Source: Octopus vulgaris (Eukaryota). Taken from it: a stretch of 64,000 nt of DNA. This document shows positions 1 to 12,171 of this stretch, one piece after another. The stretch spans positions 28,272,001 through 28,336,000 of the forward strand of contig OX597837.1 in the NCBI GenBank assembly GCA_951406725.2. The letters run 5' to 3'. The translations under genes and the position numbers were made by a program. The notes beneath the pieces were generated by a model, which saw only the letters and a program-made list of their open reading frames with translations, did no database searches and was not told the DNA's origin. Every line of letters begins with the position of its first letter. The first letter of the stretch is position 1.

Positions 1-417
1 TGTGGTTGCTTTTTGCATGTATATTTTTATGAACATAAGTGCCAGAGACTTCCTCCATTTTGAAGTGTTGTATGCTTTGACTTGACAATAGTTCCTCCTG
101 GATCGGTAATAATCATTCTCATTGATATCTCACTCACACACGCGCATCTAACACATATTTCATTCACTATGACTTGTATTTCACACAGTTTCGATAATCC
201 CCCATCGATTTCATTAGTATCAACTCCCACCTCATCGACGCTCCCGACCCCCTTTTAAAAATCAGAGATAACAGCGTTATTACGGTTCATTATAGACTCA
301 GTTAATTCCTAATTTTCGTGCTGAAATTGTTACTTGCAAATGAGGAAAAAAAAAGGAATGAAAAATAAAAGAACAAATGTAAAAAATACTTCGTAGAATT
401 GTCAACATCATTTCTTA

Positions 418-454
<37 letters not shown>

Positions 455-827
455 CCCATTTTTACACACGTGGATCAAGCACAATTTGACACACACTCAC
501 ACACACACATATATATATATGTATAATATATATTTATATTATACATATATATATGTATAATATATATTTATATTATATATATATATAATATGTATATATA
601 CGTATATAATATATATATAATATAAATTTATATATAATATATAATATAAATATATGAATATATATATATAATATAGATATATAATATAAATTTATACATA
701 GTATAAATATATATATATATATATATAATATATATTTAATATAAATATATAATATATAATTATATATCTATATGTATATATAATAAAACTATATAATATA
801 TATATATAATATATATAACAATATATA

Positions 828-871
<44 letters not shown>

Positions 872-1198
872 TGTGGGTGTGTGTGAGTGTGCGTACACGC
901 ATGCACACATTTATTCAACACAAAATACTGACATAGATATACATGAACACACATACAGGCTCGCGCACTCGCATACACACAGGCACATCTATACTTGCAT
1001 ATGTACATATATAATATATACGTATATACATACGCATATAATATATAATGTATATACGTACATGTATGCGCCCAAACACATATAAGAGAACATTATTATA
1101 AATTCGATCTGTAGTGTGTTTGAAGTCAGATTAAATACAAGGATTGGTCCGAACGAAAATACACTTGAAAAGTGAAACAATTTGTGTGTTTGTGTGTG

Positions 1199-1253
<55 letters not shown>

Positions 1254-3788
1254 GATGTTGATGATTAATTAAATAGAAGTGTGTGTAAGAAGAAAGTAAT
1301 GCAGAGAGATGGGGATAGAAAGGGAAGTTTCATATAGAAAATGAAAGGTGGTAAAATGTAGAAGAGTATGGGTTCGTGTGTGTTGTAGGGAAGAGGAAAA
1401 TCGAACGTTTGGTTATCGACACTTTTTTTTGGGAGATATGGAAGTATTCATTTCAAGCAGTTTATAGATACATATTTACATTCATTCAAACATACACACA
1501 CTCGCGTGTGCATATGCATATATAGTACGCACGCATACATACATTTATATAAGAGAACAAATAGCGCATGGGATATATCTGTTCATATATAAAGCAAAGA
1601 CATACATACTCTCATATATAAACCGACTTTAGCGTAGTCAGAATATTTCGGTTTAACCTGGTGATTGTATTATATTATTTGCTATAAACGTTAATTAATT
1701 TACTAAAATAAATGTTATTCATAGAAATTCTACTGATTTTCCTGCCAACCCTTGTCCGATAGTCTATTCATACTTTGTTTTTTTCTCCCCCTACTTCAGC
1801 AAGTACGGCGATGTCTTTTTCACCGAAGAAATCCCTATAAGACACATACATGTCTGAAGTTGTTTCTCTTGCTGGTTCAAATTGTTGACATGATATTCAT
1901 TCAGGTAAGGTTGATTTTTCCTCACTACACATTTCTAATTAGCTAATTAATGTTGTCTGCGTTAATAATACTAGCTTTCTTTGCATCACTGATATTGGTT
2001 TAAAAGCGCTAACTAAATTCTGTAATGCATACGTGAGATGTAATTCCATTAGAGTGTTTGGTCATTGGCGATTCTTTCTGACCGTACAAATAATGCAACA
2101 TTGAACCCCTCAAATTTACAGGGACACAAGAATTGGCAACCTAAGGTGCCTCATAATTTTCCAAGAGTACCAGTGGGAAATTATTAATCAATCAACGCTA
2201 ATCAGGAATCGAAATGAGATCTGAAAGATGTGGTTTACGGTGAATTCAACATCTACTTTACAGTTGTTGACGTATGGAAATAATGAACTGAATAAAAGGA
2301 ATTTAATTACGATTATCATTAATTGAAGCAAAAGGAAAAACTTCGAAGATTATTGGCTCGTCATGAAGAAAAGAATGTCCACATAGAAAGCACTTCTCAT
2401 GATGACGGACCCTTTTCGGAAACGTCAGGTTATGAAAAGATACTAGTTGTGATGTGCGAATGCAAGCTGGTACAAGTAAAGCTTTGTTGATAGATAAATT
2501 GATTTTTGTAGAAATATATTCAGAAAAGATGAGATTGTATCATATTGAGGCTTTTCTCGGTGTTATTATTGATGTAATGATATAACATTTGTTTTATCTG
2601 AGAATGAAAGTCTACTTCTGGTTCTACGGTAGTAAAAAAAACACCGACAGTTATTTTGAAAGTCGGAATTTATACAAGAGATGGTCAAGACACTCTGAGA
2701 GAGATAGAGAGAGAGGAGAGAGAAACACAAAAAGGAGAAGAAAAAAGAGAATGCAGAATGGAAATCGATTTTTAATACAATACAAATGCTTGAAGATATT
2801 TTTACACAAAAAAATATTGAGAGAGAAAAAAAACACAAAATCAGTGCGCAGTTGGGGAGGACGGTGTGTAGACGGGGTCAAAATGAACAGAGAAACCTGA
2901 TCGACTTATTTCCTGGAATATTTAACTAATTTTCTAACGTTTCTACAGATTTGAAGATCAAATTTTGAATCAGTATTATTGCTGGTGTTTTAGCTCTTCT
3001 CATTTTATTTTTTATTTTATTTTATTTTATTTTATTTTATTTTATCTAGTTTCAGCTCACGAGCTGTGGCCATGCTGGGGCACCGCCATTTGTTGTTGTT
3101 GTTGATTTTTTTCTTTTTTTTTTTTGGTGAAGGCTAAATTACATTTGTAATGATGTCATTGTTGAGATTAGTACAGGAGGTAAATATTGAAATTTCAAAT
3201 ACTTCCAGTATTTAACAAGTTAATGTTTCTGTCGGTTGATTCTTTTAATCTCAACATCTTGTTTATCGTAACCGCCAAGCATTCCTATGTACAGAAGGGT
3301 TTCATTTTATTTGTTCGTTTCAAAGAGCTTAAAAACATTTTATATGAATTACTTCCAAATCATTATAGACAGTATTTTCAAATATTACTGCTGCTCACTT
3401 TAATAATTTCAATAAAGTTCATTGAAAATGCTGTTTCACCAGCTTTTTTATTTACTTGCCCATATTTTCCATCGTGTTATTTGCCATGAAAGTGAAAGTT
3501 TTCTTCAAATGGTTCATATTGACACGTGACTGGATTGACTTAAATAATGGGTTATGTCGTCAGCTTTGAAACTACTTTTCCCGCGCTTCGTTTACTCAAA
3601 TTGTGATTCAAACATTATTCCGCATAGACAAAAGAGAGTACCGCGTCCTTCTTCCAACATATTATCATTATCGTTGCTGCGATGTTAGAGACTTGCTTTA
3701 TCGAGTAACCAACCCTCTTCCGGTTTTCAGGATTTGAGTTGTTCCTTTCTTCCACTCTATCTATCCATCTAGCCAGATGTCTATCTGC

Positions 3789-3831
<43 letters not shown>

Positions 3832-3891
3832 GCTCCATCAATATCTCTTTCCCTCGCTTTTTGGATAAACGTATGCATACATGAACACACA

Positions 3892-3934
<43 letters not shown>

Positions 3935-4199
3935 ATATTGATTATGTCTCTATACTTATACGAACGGATTAGCCATCATCATTACCCCCCGCCTGATGTG
4001 TTTAACGTAAAAGAGTGCAGCCATATTGCCAACCAGCTTCACCTTGATACATATCATATTTACATCCCTTTTTTCTAACATTCCCTTAACCTTATACCGA
4101 ACTACCTAAACTGATAATTAACAACCCCTAATTTTTCTGGACACTCCTGCCTTCCATCACTTTTCTCTTTTACTCTCTCTCTCTTCCCCCTTTCTCTCT

Positions 4200-4470
4200 T
4201 TCCCTCTTACTCTCTTACATTCACTCTTTCCCTCTTACCCTCTCTCTTTCCCTCTTACCCCCTATCTTTCCCTATTACACCCTATCTTTCCCTCTTACAC
4301 CCTATCTTTCCCTCTTACACCCTACCTTTCCCTCTTACCCCTATCTTTCCCTCTTACCCCTTACCTTTCCCTCTTACCCCTTACCTTTCCCTCTTACCCC
4401 CTATCTTTCCCTCTTACCCCTATCTTTCCCTCTTTACCCCTATCTTTCCCCTCTTATCCTCTCTCTTTCT
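4200..4470. repeat. About 20-bp pyrimidine-rich minisatellite (CTTTCCCTCTTACCCCTAT)
   Basis: More than ten visible degenerate units. Confidence 0.9.
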
Positions 4471-5413
4471 CCCTGTGACATTCGCCTTCATGTTTTTTTC
4501 CTCTTTTGTTCCTGCGATCGAAAATAACATTTCTTTAATTGTTCACAGATTCGAAGTTGTTCACTGGTCCTCGTTAGTCTACAGTTGAGCTATTCAGTTT
4601 TCTTCAGAGATCTCCAAAAATTTTATTCTCGGCTGTTTATCGAAGTGTTCTCCGCTTTTCGGTCTTTTAAAAGCGTTCATACTTATCAGCAGCGTAACTG
4701 GTTCTTCACAACATCTCAGTTGTAAGTAGCTGTGCTTTCATCGTGTCCCATAAGCGGTATCACTTTGTATACACCAATTCCTGACTACTTAAATATACTT
4801 AACTATCAAGTCTGCCTGTCTGTTTATCGATCTCTCTATAGGTTCAAAGACGACTAGAAAGACAGACAGACAGATAGGCAGACAGATAGATAAAATGATA
4901 GATATACAGGGAAATGAACCTGCATAACATTCAGCAAACAGAAAGATAAATCAGCAGACTCTCACTGACGGTCGATTTATCGTTCCATTTACATAGAATA
5001 TTTATTAATAGGTTTATTAATAACAATAATACAACAATATAATGTATATTACGGTATTAATATCAAATAGAATAATATATATAATACTGTGTAGTATTTG
5101 TTATAATAATTATTTATATATATATATATATATTAGAAAAAATGAGGTACTCAGAAATCTGGATGGTTTTATATTTACAGATATTTATTAATATGTTACA
5201 TGTTTTTATAAATCATATAACAGCGCTTGCGTCCAATCTACAGGAGTCGTCAGATTGAACTTTTTCAGGAATTTTGTCTCTTTTTATAGTATTATTGAGT
5301 GTGTAATATATGATTTATAAAAACATGTAACATATCTGTAAATATAAAACCATCCAGACTTCTGAGTACCTCATTTCTTCTAATATATAATACCTGTACA
5401 TCATCTCTAAACC

Positions 5414-5461
<48 letters not shown>

Positions 5462-5478
5462 TTAGTAATCAATTGTGT

Positions 5479-5484
5479 TTTATT
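5479..5484 (-). promoter_or_regulatory. Candidate polyadenylation signal AATAAA for the exon-F isoform
   Basis: TTTATT on the + strand about 107 nt downstream of the stop codon. The AT-rich context makes a chance match possible. Confidence 0.4.
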
Positions 5485-5590
5485 ATAACTTATTATTTGA
5501 TTTAGCGATTAGTGTTGTGGAGAAAAATAAATTGGGAAGACGGGGATAAAATGTAGAGTTCTTGGACCACACGAAATTTATCCGGGCTTT

Positions 5591-6401
5591 TTAACTCTCG
5601 TCAGTTATATCCTTCCCGGGAGCAGTTCCTGGTCCGGCATTCCCGTCCACGGACCCCTCCTCTACGGCCAGTTGCGATTGAACCACCTTACGGCGGAACA
5701 TAATTGCAAAGATTCCGCCCTTCGTGAAATACACGTAAGCTATTATTGCGCAGAGGCAAACGAAAATAGCGACCCGAAATAGATTGAGAGTTAGCTCCTC
5801 TTCTTCTTCTTTCTTCTTGGGGGGAACAGGTTGAGAGGTCAACTCCCGCATAGGGGCGGGGGAAGGAGCCGGACGAGACGGTTTGGGCATCACAGGTGGC
5901 GGGGAAGTGAATGATGGGGGCGATGTTGTTGGAGGCTCCACTGCGGGCTCAGCTATCGACTGAGCATCAGCCTGATCTTCAGCTGGAGCTTCAGCTTCGG
6001 CTGGAGCCTGGACTTCAGCTTGAGCCTCAGCTTCAGCTTGAGCCTCGGCTTCAGCTTGAGCCTCGGCTTCAGCTCGTGCCTGAGCCTGAGCGGCAATTAA
6101 TGCCTCTCGTTGTGCTTGCGCTGCCAGACGCCGTCTCTCTGACCGACTCATAGGCTGCTCCGACTGCGTTGGAGTAGCCTCGCGCGGCGGAGTGGCCTCA
6201 TGCGATGGTGGTGGAGTGTCTGAATGTATTTGAGTGTCCTGAATAGACGTTTCGGCGGCAGCGGCTACTTTGTGTCTGACTGGTTTTGGAGGGACGGCGG
6301 GAGGTTGATCATGCTGTGTTGGTAGCTTCCCTAAATGTAATACAGTTTGGCTAACCGCTACATTATCCGAATCCTGAGTATCCGAAGGGGTTGTCGAGGA
6401 T
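5591..6401 (-). CDS. Zasp-like gene, terminal exon F with AEAEAQ repeats, PxxP motifs and a C-terminal hydrophobic (TM-like) helix
   Basis: Acceptor AAACCTTTTCTGCAG|A (phase 2), in frame with ORF 5591-6151 (83 extra open codons upstream). Stop TAA at 5591-5593. Confidence 0.8.
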
Positions 6402-7106
6402 CTGCAGAAAAGGTTTTAAAAGCTGGCGTAAGAAACAATAGTCGCACATAACAAACGGTGCTCTTTATGGAAGGAGCAAGATTTCAGATAGTGCAACAAA
6501 ACATCTAGTCGAATCTCAACTGTATACTTTTTAAAAAAAAACATAATAGCAGTAACTAAACAAACTTAATTACTGAAAGAACTTAGGTCTTTCATAACAA
6601 AAAATAATTAAGTACATCACTGAGATAGGGCTTCAATTATTTAAAAAAAAAAAAAAGGCAATAGTATACATGTAAAAACTACAAACATCCAAAAACGAGG
6701 GGAAACAAAAGGGGGAACATTAAAACATTTAGACTTAATTAACCTAATTAGAATATTTATAATTAACTTTTAACCAAAGTAGAATATTTATAATTAACTT
6801 AATTTTAAGACAAGCCATAAATTAGTGTAATTACAATAATTGCGTTGACATAATTAGATTTAACATTAATTAACCTAATTAGTTGAACAAGAACGTTTAC
6901 GTATCTTTAATTTAATTAATTAAAATAATATACATAAATTTACCTAATTGCACAATATTTTTGAAGTGTCATCAACAAAAGAATTTATAGTTTATTTTGG
7001 CAAAACAGAATGGAATTATATAACATTTTATGTATTTCTTAAGTCCTATAGATGAGCAGAGGAAGGGATGTAACTTTGAACTGGTAAAATGAAATCAGTT
7101 TTGATA

Positions 7107-7509
7107 GGCGCAGGAGTGGCTGTGTGGTAAGTATCTTGCTAATCAACCACATGGTTCCGGGTTCAGTCCCACTTCGTGGCACCTTGGGCAAGTGTCTTCT
7201 ACTATAACCTCGGGCCGACCAAAGCCTTGTGAGTGGATTTGGGAGATGGAAACTGAAAGAAGCCCGTCGTATATATGTATATATATATATGCGTGTGTGT
7301 GTTTGTGTGTCTGTGTTTGTCCCCCTAGCATTGCTTGACAACCGATGCTGGTGTGTTTATGTCCCCGTCACTTAGCGGTTCGGCAAAAGAGACCGATAGA
7401 ATAAGTACTGGGCTTACAAAAGAATAAGTTCCGGGGTCGAATTGCTCGATTAAAGGCGGTGCTCCAGCATGGCCGCAGTCAAATGACTGAAACAAAGAGT
7501 AAAAGAGTA
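7107..7509 (+). mobile_element. tRNA-derived SINE family A (octopus-type), full length
   Basis: Head GGCGCAGGAGTGGCTGTGTGGTAAG with box B GGTTCAGTCCC, internal (TA)/(TG) tract, tail GGCGGTGCTCCAGCATGGCCGCAG...AAAAGAGT. Near-identical copies occur elsewhere in the window. Confidence 0.9.
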
Positions 7510-7553
7510 TGTCCTGAAGCTTATATCTTGCTCACCGGTCTTGTAACTCATCA

Positions 7554-7605
<52 letters not shown>

Positions 7606-7606
<1 letters not shown>

Positions 7607-7903
7607 CCTTTCTTATATAGGCGCAAGGCCTAAAAATTTGTGTGGGGACAGGGCTAGTCGATTACGTCGGCCCCAGTACTCGATTGATACTTATTTTAAC
7701 GACCCCGAAAGGATCAAAGGCAAAGTCGACTTCGGCGACATTTGAACCCAGAACATAAGGATTCACAAGAGATGTCGCTAAACATTTTGTCCATTACTTC
7801 AATGATTCTGCAAGCTTGCAGCCTCAATAAAAAATATTTATAATTATATGATGAGGAGGACAATGGTTATAATTCATATCATAATACTAAGCATTTCTAA
7901 TAC

Positions 7904-7941
<38 letters not shown>

Positions 7942-8238
7942 CCTTTCTTATATAGGCGCAAGGCCTAAAAATTAGTGTGGGGAATAGGCTAGTCGATTAC
8001 ATCGGCCCCAGTACTCGATTGATACTTATTTTAACGACCCCGAAAGGATCAAAGGCAAAGTCGACTTCGGTGACATTTGAACCCGGAACATAAAGATTCA
8101 CAAGAAATGTCACTAAACATTTTGTCCATTACTTCAATGATTCTGCAAGCTTGCAGCCTCAATAAAAAATATTTATAATTATATGATGAGGAGGACAATG
8201 GTTATAATTCATATCATAATACTAAGCATTTCTAATAC

Positions 8239-8273
<35 letters not shown>

Positions 8274-8485
8274 CCTTTCTACTAGAAGCACAAGGCCTCA
8301 AATCTGGGAGAAGGGGTTAAGTCGATTACATCGACCCCAGAACGTAACTGATACTTATTTGATCGATCTCGAAAGGATGAAAGGCGAAGTTGCCTTCAGC
8401 GGAATTTGAACTCAGAACGTAGCGACGGACGAAATATCGCTAAGCATTCCGTCCAACCTGCTAACAATTCTGCCAGCTTGTCGCT
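7606..8485 (-). mobile_element. Three older family C-related SINEs in (TAA)n arrays, the first two forming a tandem duplication
   Basis: The core GACCCCGAAAGGAT.AAAGGCAAAGTCGAC recurs at about 7700, 8036 and 8365, each preceded by (TAA)n. Confidence 0.8.
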
Positions 8486-8679
8486 TTGGTAGTATTAGTG
8501 ATAATAATCTCAAATTAGCACATATGGAATATGGTCGACTACAGCGAACCAGTAAATGACTGGTGAGTATTATGTGATCGATCTTTTGCAGGATAAGTAT
8601 GTGATCACAACAGGTAGGACTTGGATTTATTGAAATATAATTTAGCATTAATAATAATAATAATAATAATAATGATAAT

Positions 8680-8760
8680 ACACAGCACATACCCAAGGCA
8701 CACAGAGCTGCGCTCGGTAGTGAAGTGAAAGCACGCTATAAAAATAAAACTACTGAATGA
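8680..8760 (+). mobile_element. Short non-LTR (R4/Dong-like) 3' end inserted in (TAA)n
   Basis: Unique block ending AAAATAAAACTACTGAA, embedded between (TAA)n arrays. Confidence 0.45.
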
Positions 8761-8959
8761 TAATAATAATAATAATAATAATAGTAATAATAATAATAAT
8801 AATGTAAAGTATACTAGCCATCTCAATATGGCTAACCACTAAGGGTGGGTGTTACTGTAGCTTTTAGCCCCAGGAGATCATCGACTCCAGCTGGCTTTAG
8901 GCACACTTTCTGTGCACTTATGGTATTTGCAAAGGGAGGTCATCCCTCTCTCATCAACC

Positions 8960-8990
<31 letters not shown>

Positions 8991-9838
8991 GTAAAATTAA
9001 CTTAGTAGTTACGTGTTAGAAATGATTTTAATGGTTCTAAACAGGGATGGTATCGACAATAACAGTGACAACAACAATATTGTGTAAAAGAGAATTTTAA
9101 AAATCCTGATATAATGAATAGGATGTATTCTAAGAACGAGCATGGATTTTAATGTAGGGTGGTGGTGATGTAGGGGGTGGGGAATCTAGTTAACAGACTG
9201 CAGATTTTAAAATATGGATGAAAGGTAAAACGGAATAAAATAGGTTATGGGAGAGAATATAAGAAATATTGCAGGTCTTGACTGAGCAGATATCTTTATG
9301 GAGGGTTTGATAAAGCGAAATAAAATAGGTTATGGGAGAAAATCTAAGAAATATTGCAGGTCTTGACTGAGCAGATATCTTTATGGAGGGTTTGGTAAAT
9401 TGTAACGGAAGCTAATATGTCGGATAAAATTAAGATGGTATTTGTTAGAGAGCCAAATTTTGTATTAAAGATGGACAGTCAGAGGGTTATTACCCGACAT
9501 TGCAAAATAAATGGGAATTAATGTTTTATTGCTATAGGGAAATATATTTAAGGTTATAATAATAATAATAACTGGGTTTTGTTTAAATGGATGTCGAGGT
9601 TCTAATCGGACTACTGGCGTGGTTAAAATAATAGTAGTTGTCATTCTCAATGGCCGGGCGTTAGATTGTATGACCGGTTAAACATGAAATAAAAGGGGTC
9701 ATTAAAATATTAACATCACGAAAAGAAAATAAATTTGAAATCGGGGGTGAATTTTTTTTTCTTTTTTTTTTTTTCTACATGTTTAAACGAAACGAAATTT
9801 GATTAAACAGCTTTTAACATAGGATAGATATGGTATAC

Positions 9839-9910
9839 CTGGACTCATGTTCAAGTGTTTCTTGGGGAACTGACGAAATTTCAGCTTTCTCGGACGCTGA
9901 TTGAAAGACG
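9839..9910 (-). CDS. Zasp-like gene, small exon E (VFQSASEKAEISSVPQETLEHES)
   Basis: Acceptor CCTTGTTTTGTTCAG|C and donor CAG|GTATAC. 72 nt, open in the phase 2-2 frame, with Glu/Ser-rich composition like exon C. Confidence 0.65.
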
Positions 9911-10500
9911 CTGAACAAAACAAGGAACATTTAAAAGAAGGGAAATATATATATATATATATTTATATAAAAGAAGCACATGAAACATGTCATTGGCTGA
10001 CACAAAGAACAGGAAAAAAATACGCATGCATTCTTCCGATGTGACAGCAATCGTGTTCACAATTTGGTAATTGTATCAGAGACATATAAATGATTCGTAG
10101 GTGTTCCATGAAGCTGAGACGATACTTCACACTAACAATATCAATGAGGAAAAAAATATATATAATAAATGAACATACAGTTGGCACATTCACTGTCTGA
10201 CTTTGTATTTTCATGTGTTATAATGGAGATACACTCATACCTTTGTATAAGTGTGTGTATATGTATATATGAAGTCCAGTAGTGGAAGTCATGTATGGGG
10301 TTACATTTAGATCATTTACCGATGTGCGTTTCGACACTACCTGACGTGTATGTATGTGTGCGAGCACACAACTACACCCACAGACAGGTTTAAAAAAAGG
10401 TAAACCGTCCACTTACATACTCTCATATGCATTCTCTGTTAGCTGGTATTCACAGAGGTGCTAATTCAGGATCCACCTCGGATTTATTAACCCCCTTTTA

Positions 10501-11354
10501 TATAGGTCTGATCAATAAGTATCCGGGCTGTTGCCATAGTAAGGAAGCTAAAACACGCAGAGTGAAGCCGCTTGACAAAGATTGACCTTGACCCCCCTCC
10601 TGTGCATGTGCACTAAGGTTTAACGTTCTAGCTAACTTCCACTGTTTATAGCAGTGCTTTGAATGAATGTGTGTAGTGTGCGATCGTCGCATTGAACATG
10701 ACAGAAGAAGTTGTCATGGTGATACCTGCTCAGAGTTGCAGAAAGTGTATGGGCCGCACACAAGACGGTTCCAAGAACCCCGAAGAAATGTCTATATTGA
10801 CGAACGTTCTGGGAGACCCGCAACCAGCAGAACTGAGAAAAACATCGCAGAAGTGCGTGAAGCTCTGTGGAGAAATCGTCGAATCACCATCCGTGAGTTA
10901 TCAGAGGATGTGCAGATTAGTTACGGCTCAGTTCAGTCCATTATCACTGACGGTCTGTGTATGAGACGCGTGTCTGCCAAATTTGTGCCAAACTGCTTCC
11001 GGTTGACCAAAAAACACTCGGGTTTCAGTTGCAGAAAGATCTTGATTGCGTCGAGAATGATGAAAACCTTTTGAAAACTTTGCGTAGGCCTCTGAGCAGG
11101 TATCGCCAAGCTTTTGGCAAAATTTGAAGCATATTCTCTGCTCAACTTTCTCTGTCATAGTCAATACGATGATCACACGCTACACACCTTCCTTCCAAGC
11201 ACTACTGTAAACAGTAGGAGTGAGGTAGAACATTAAAAGTTAATGCACATGCAGAGCAGAGCTCAAGGTCAGTCTTTGCCAAGCGGCTTCACTCTGTATG
11301 CTTTAGCTTTGTTACCTTGGCAACAATCTGGATATTTATTGATCGGACCATGTA
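10501..11354. mobile_element. Non-autonomous mariner derivative made of two inverted 5' ends
   Basis: About 210-bp inverted arms starting TA..GGTCTGATCAATAAGTATCC. The + arm encodes transposase HTH remnants (RSGRP...RRITIRELSE...MRRVSAKFVP). The - arm encodes the N-terminus MTEKVEQRICFKFCQKLG. Confidence 0.85.
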
Positions 11355-11926
11355 TATATAACTGTGTACATATACATACAATTAGCGATCATTGTCATAT
11401 ATACAATTATCTGTCATTTGAAATAAGATGTAACAGTTACTGAATAAAGAATATTGCTTATAACAAATAAAAACAATACATACATGCATAGGCACGCACA
11501 CACGCATACACACACTCATAGACATATGCATACAACAAAATATACAGAGAATCAACTACAAAATTAAGAAGATTCAAACACCCATACATACAACAGACCT
11601 TCGACATACACAAATCCATATAAACCTATAGCCGTGCAAAATATATATGTATATATTTTATCATACTAACCTGCTAAATATCCGTCATCTAGGAGTACAG
11701 ACTGATGGAAGAGGAGATAAAAATATTTTGAAATAAGGTTATTGGTCTTTATAACTTATATATAACTATATACGAGGAAACAGCTCTTACAAAATACTGC
11801 TGTGTATACGAAAGTGATCGTTGCTATCATATATATGTATATATATATATATGATACGTATATACATACATATATACACATTTTATGATTTTTGTATGCC
11901 TTATATACATATACACATGTATATAT

Positions 11927-11958
<32 letters not shown>

Positions 11959-12100
11959 GTGTAGATATACATTTTATATATTGTGTTCAGTAGATATATA
12001 ACGAACACAATATACAATGTGTATATATGCATGTCTGTATGCATGTATGTGTATTTATATATATGTTTGTATATATATACATACATATATATATATATAA

Positions 12101-12171
<71 letters not shown>

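Noticed and set aside
27-230. Cys-containing minus-strand ORF as a possible LIM exon
   Set aside because: It has no CxxC...HxxC LIM spacing and no convincing splice sites.
7039-7341. Recurrent ORFs containing RRASFSFRLPNPLTRLWSARGYSRRHLPK (also 44238-44888, 53498-53914, 58324-58743)
   Set aside because: They are antisense translations of SINE family A, not a gene family.
9234-9393. 2 x about 85-bp tandem duplication
   Set aside because: It is real but looks like an ordinary local duplication in degenerate intronic DNA with no further structure.
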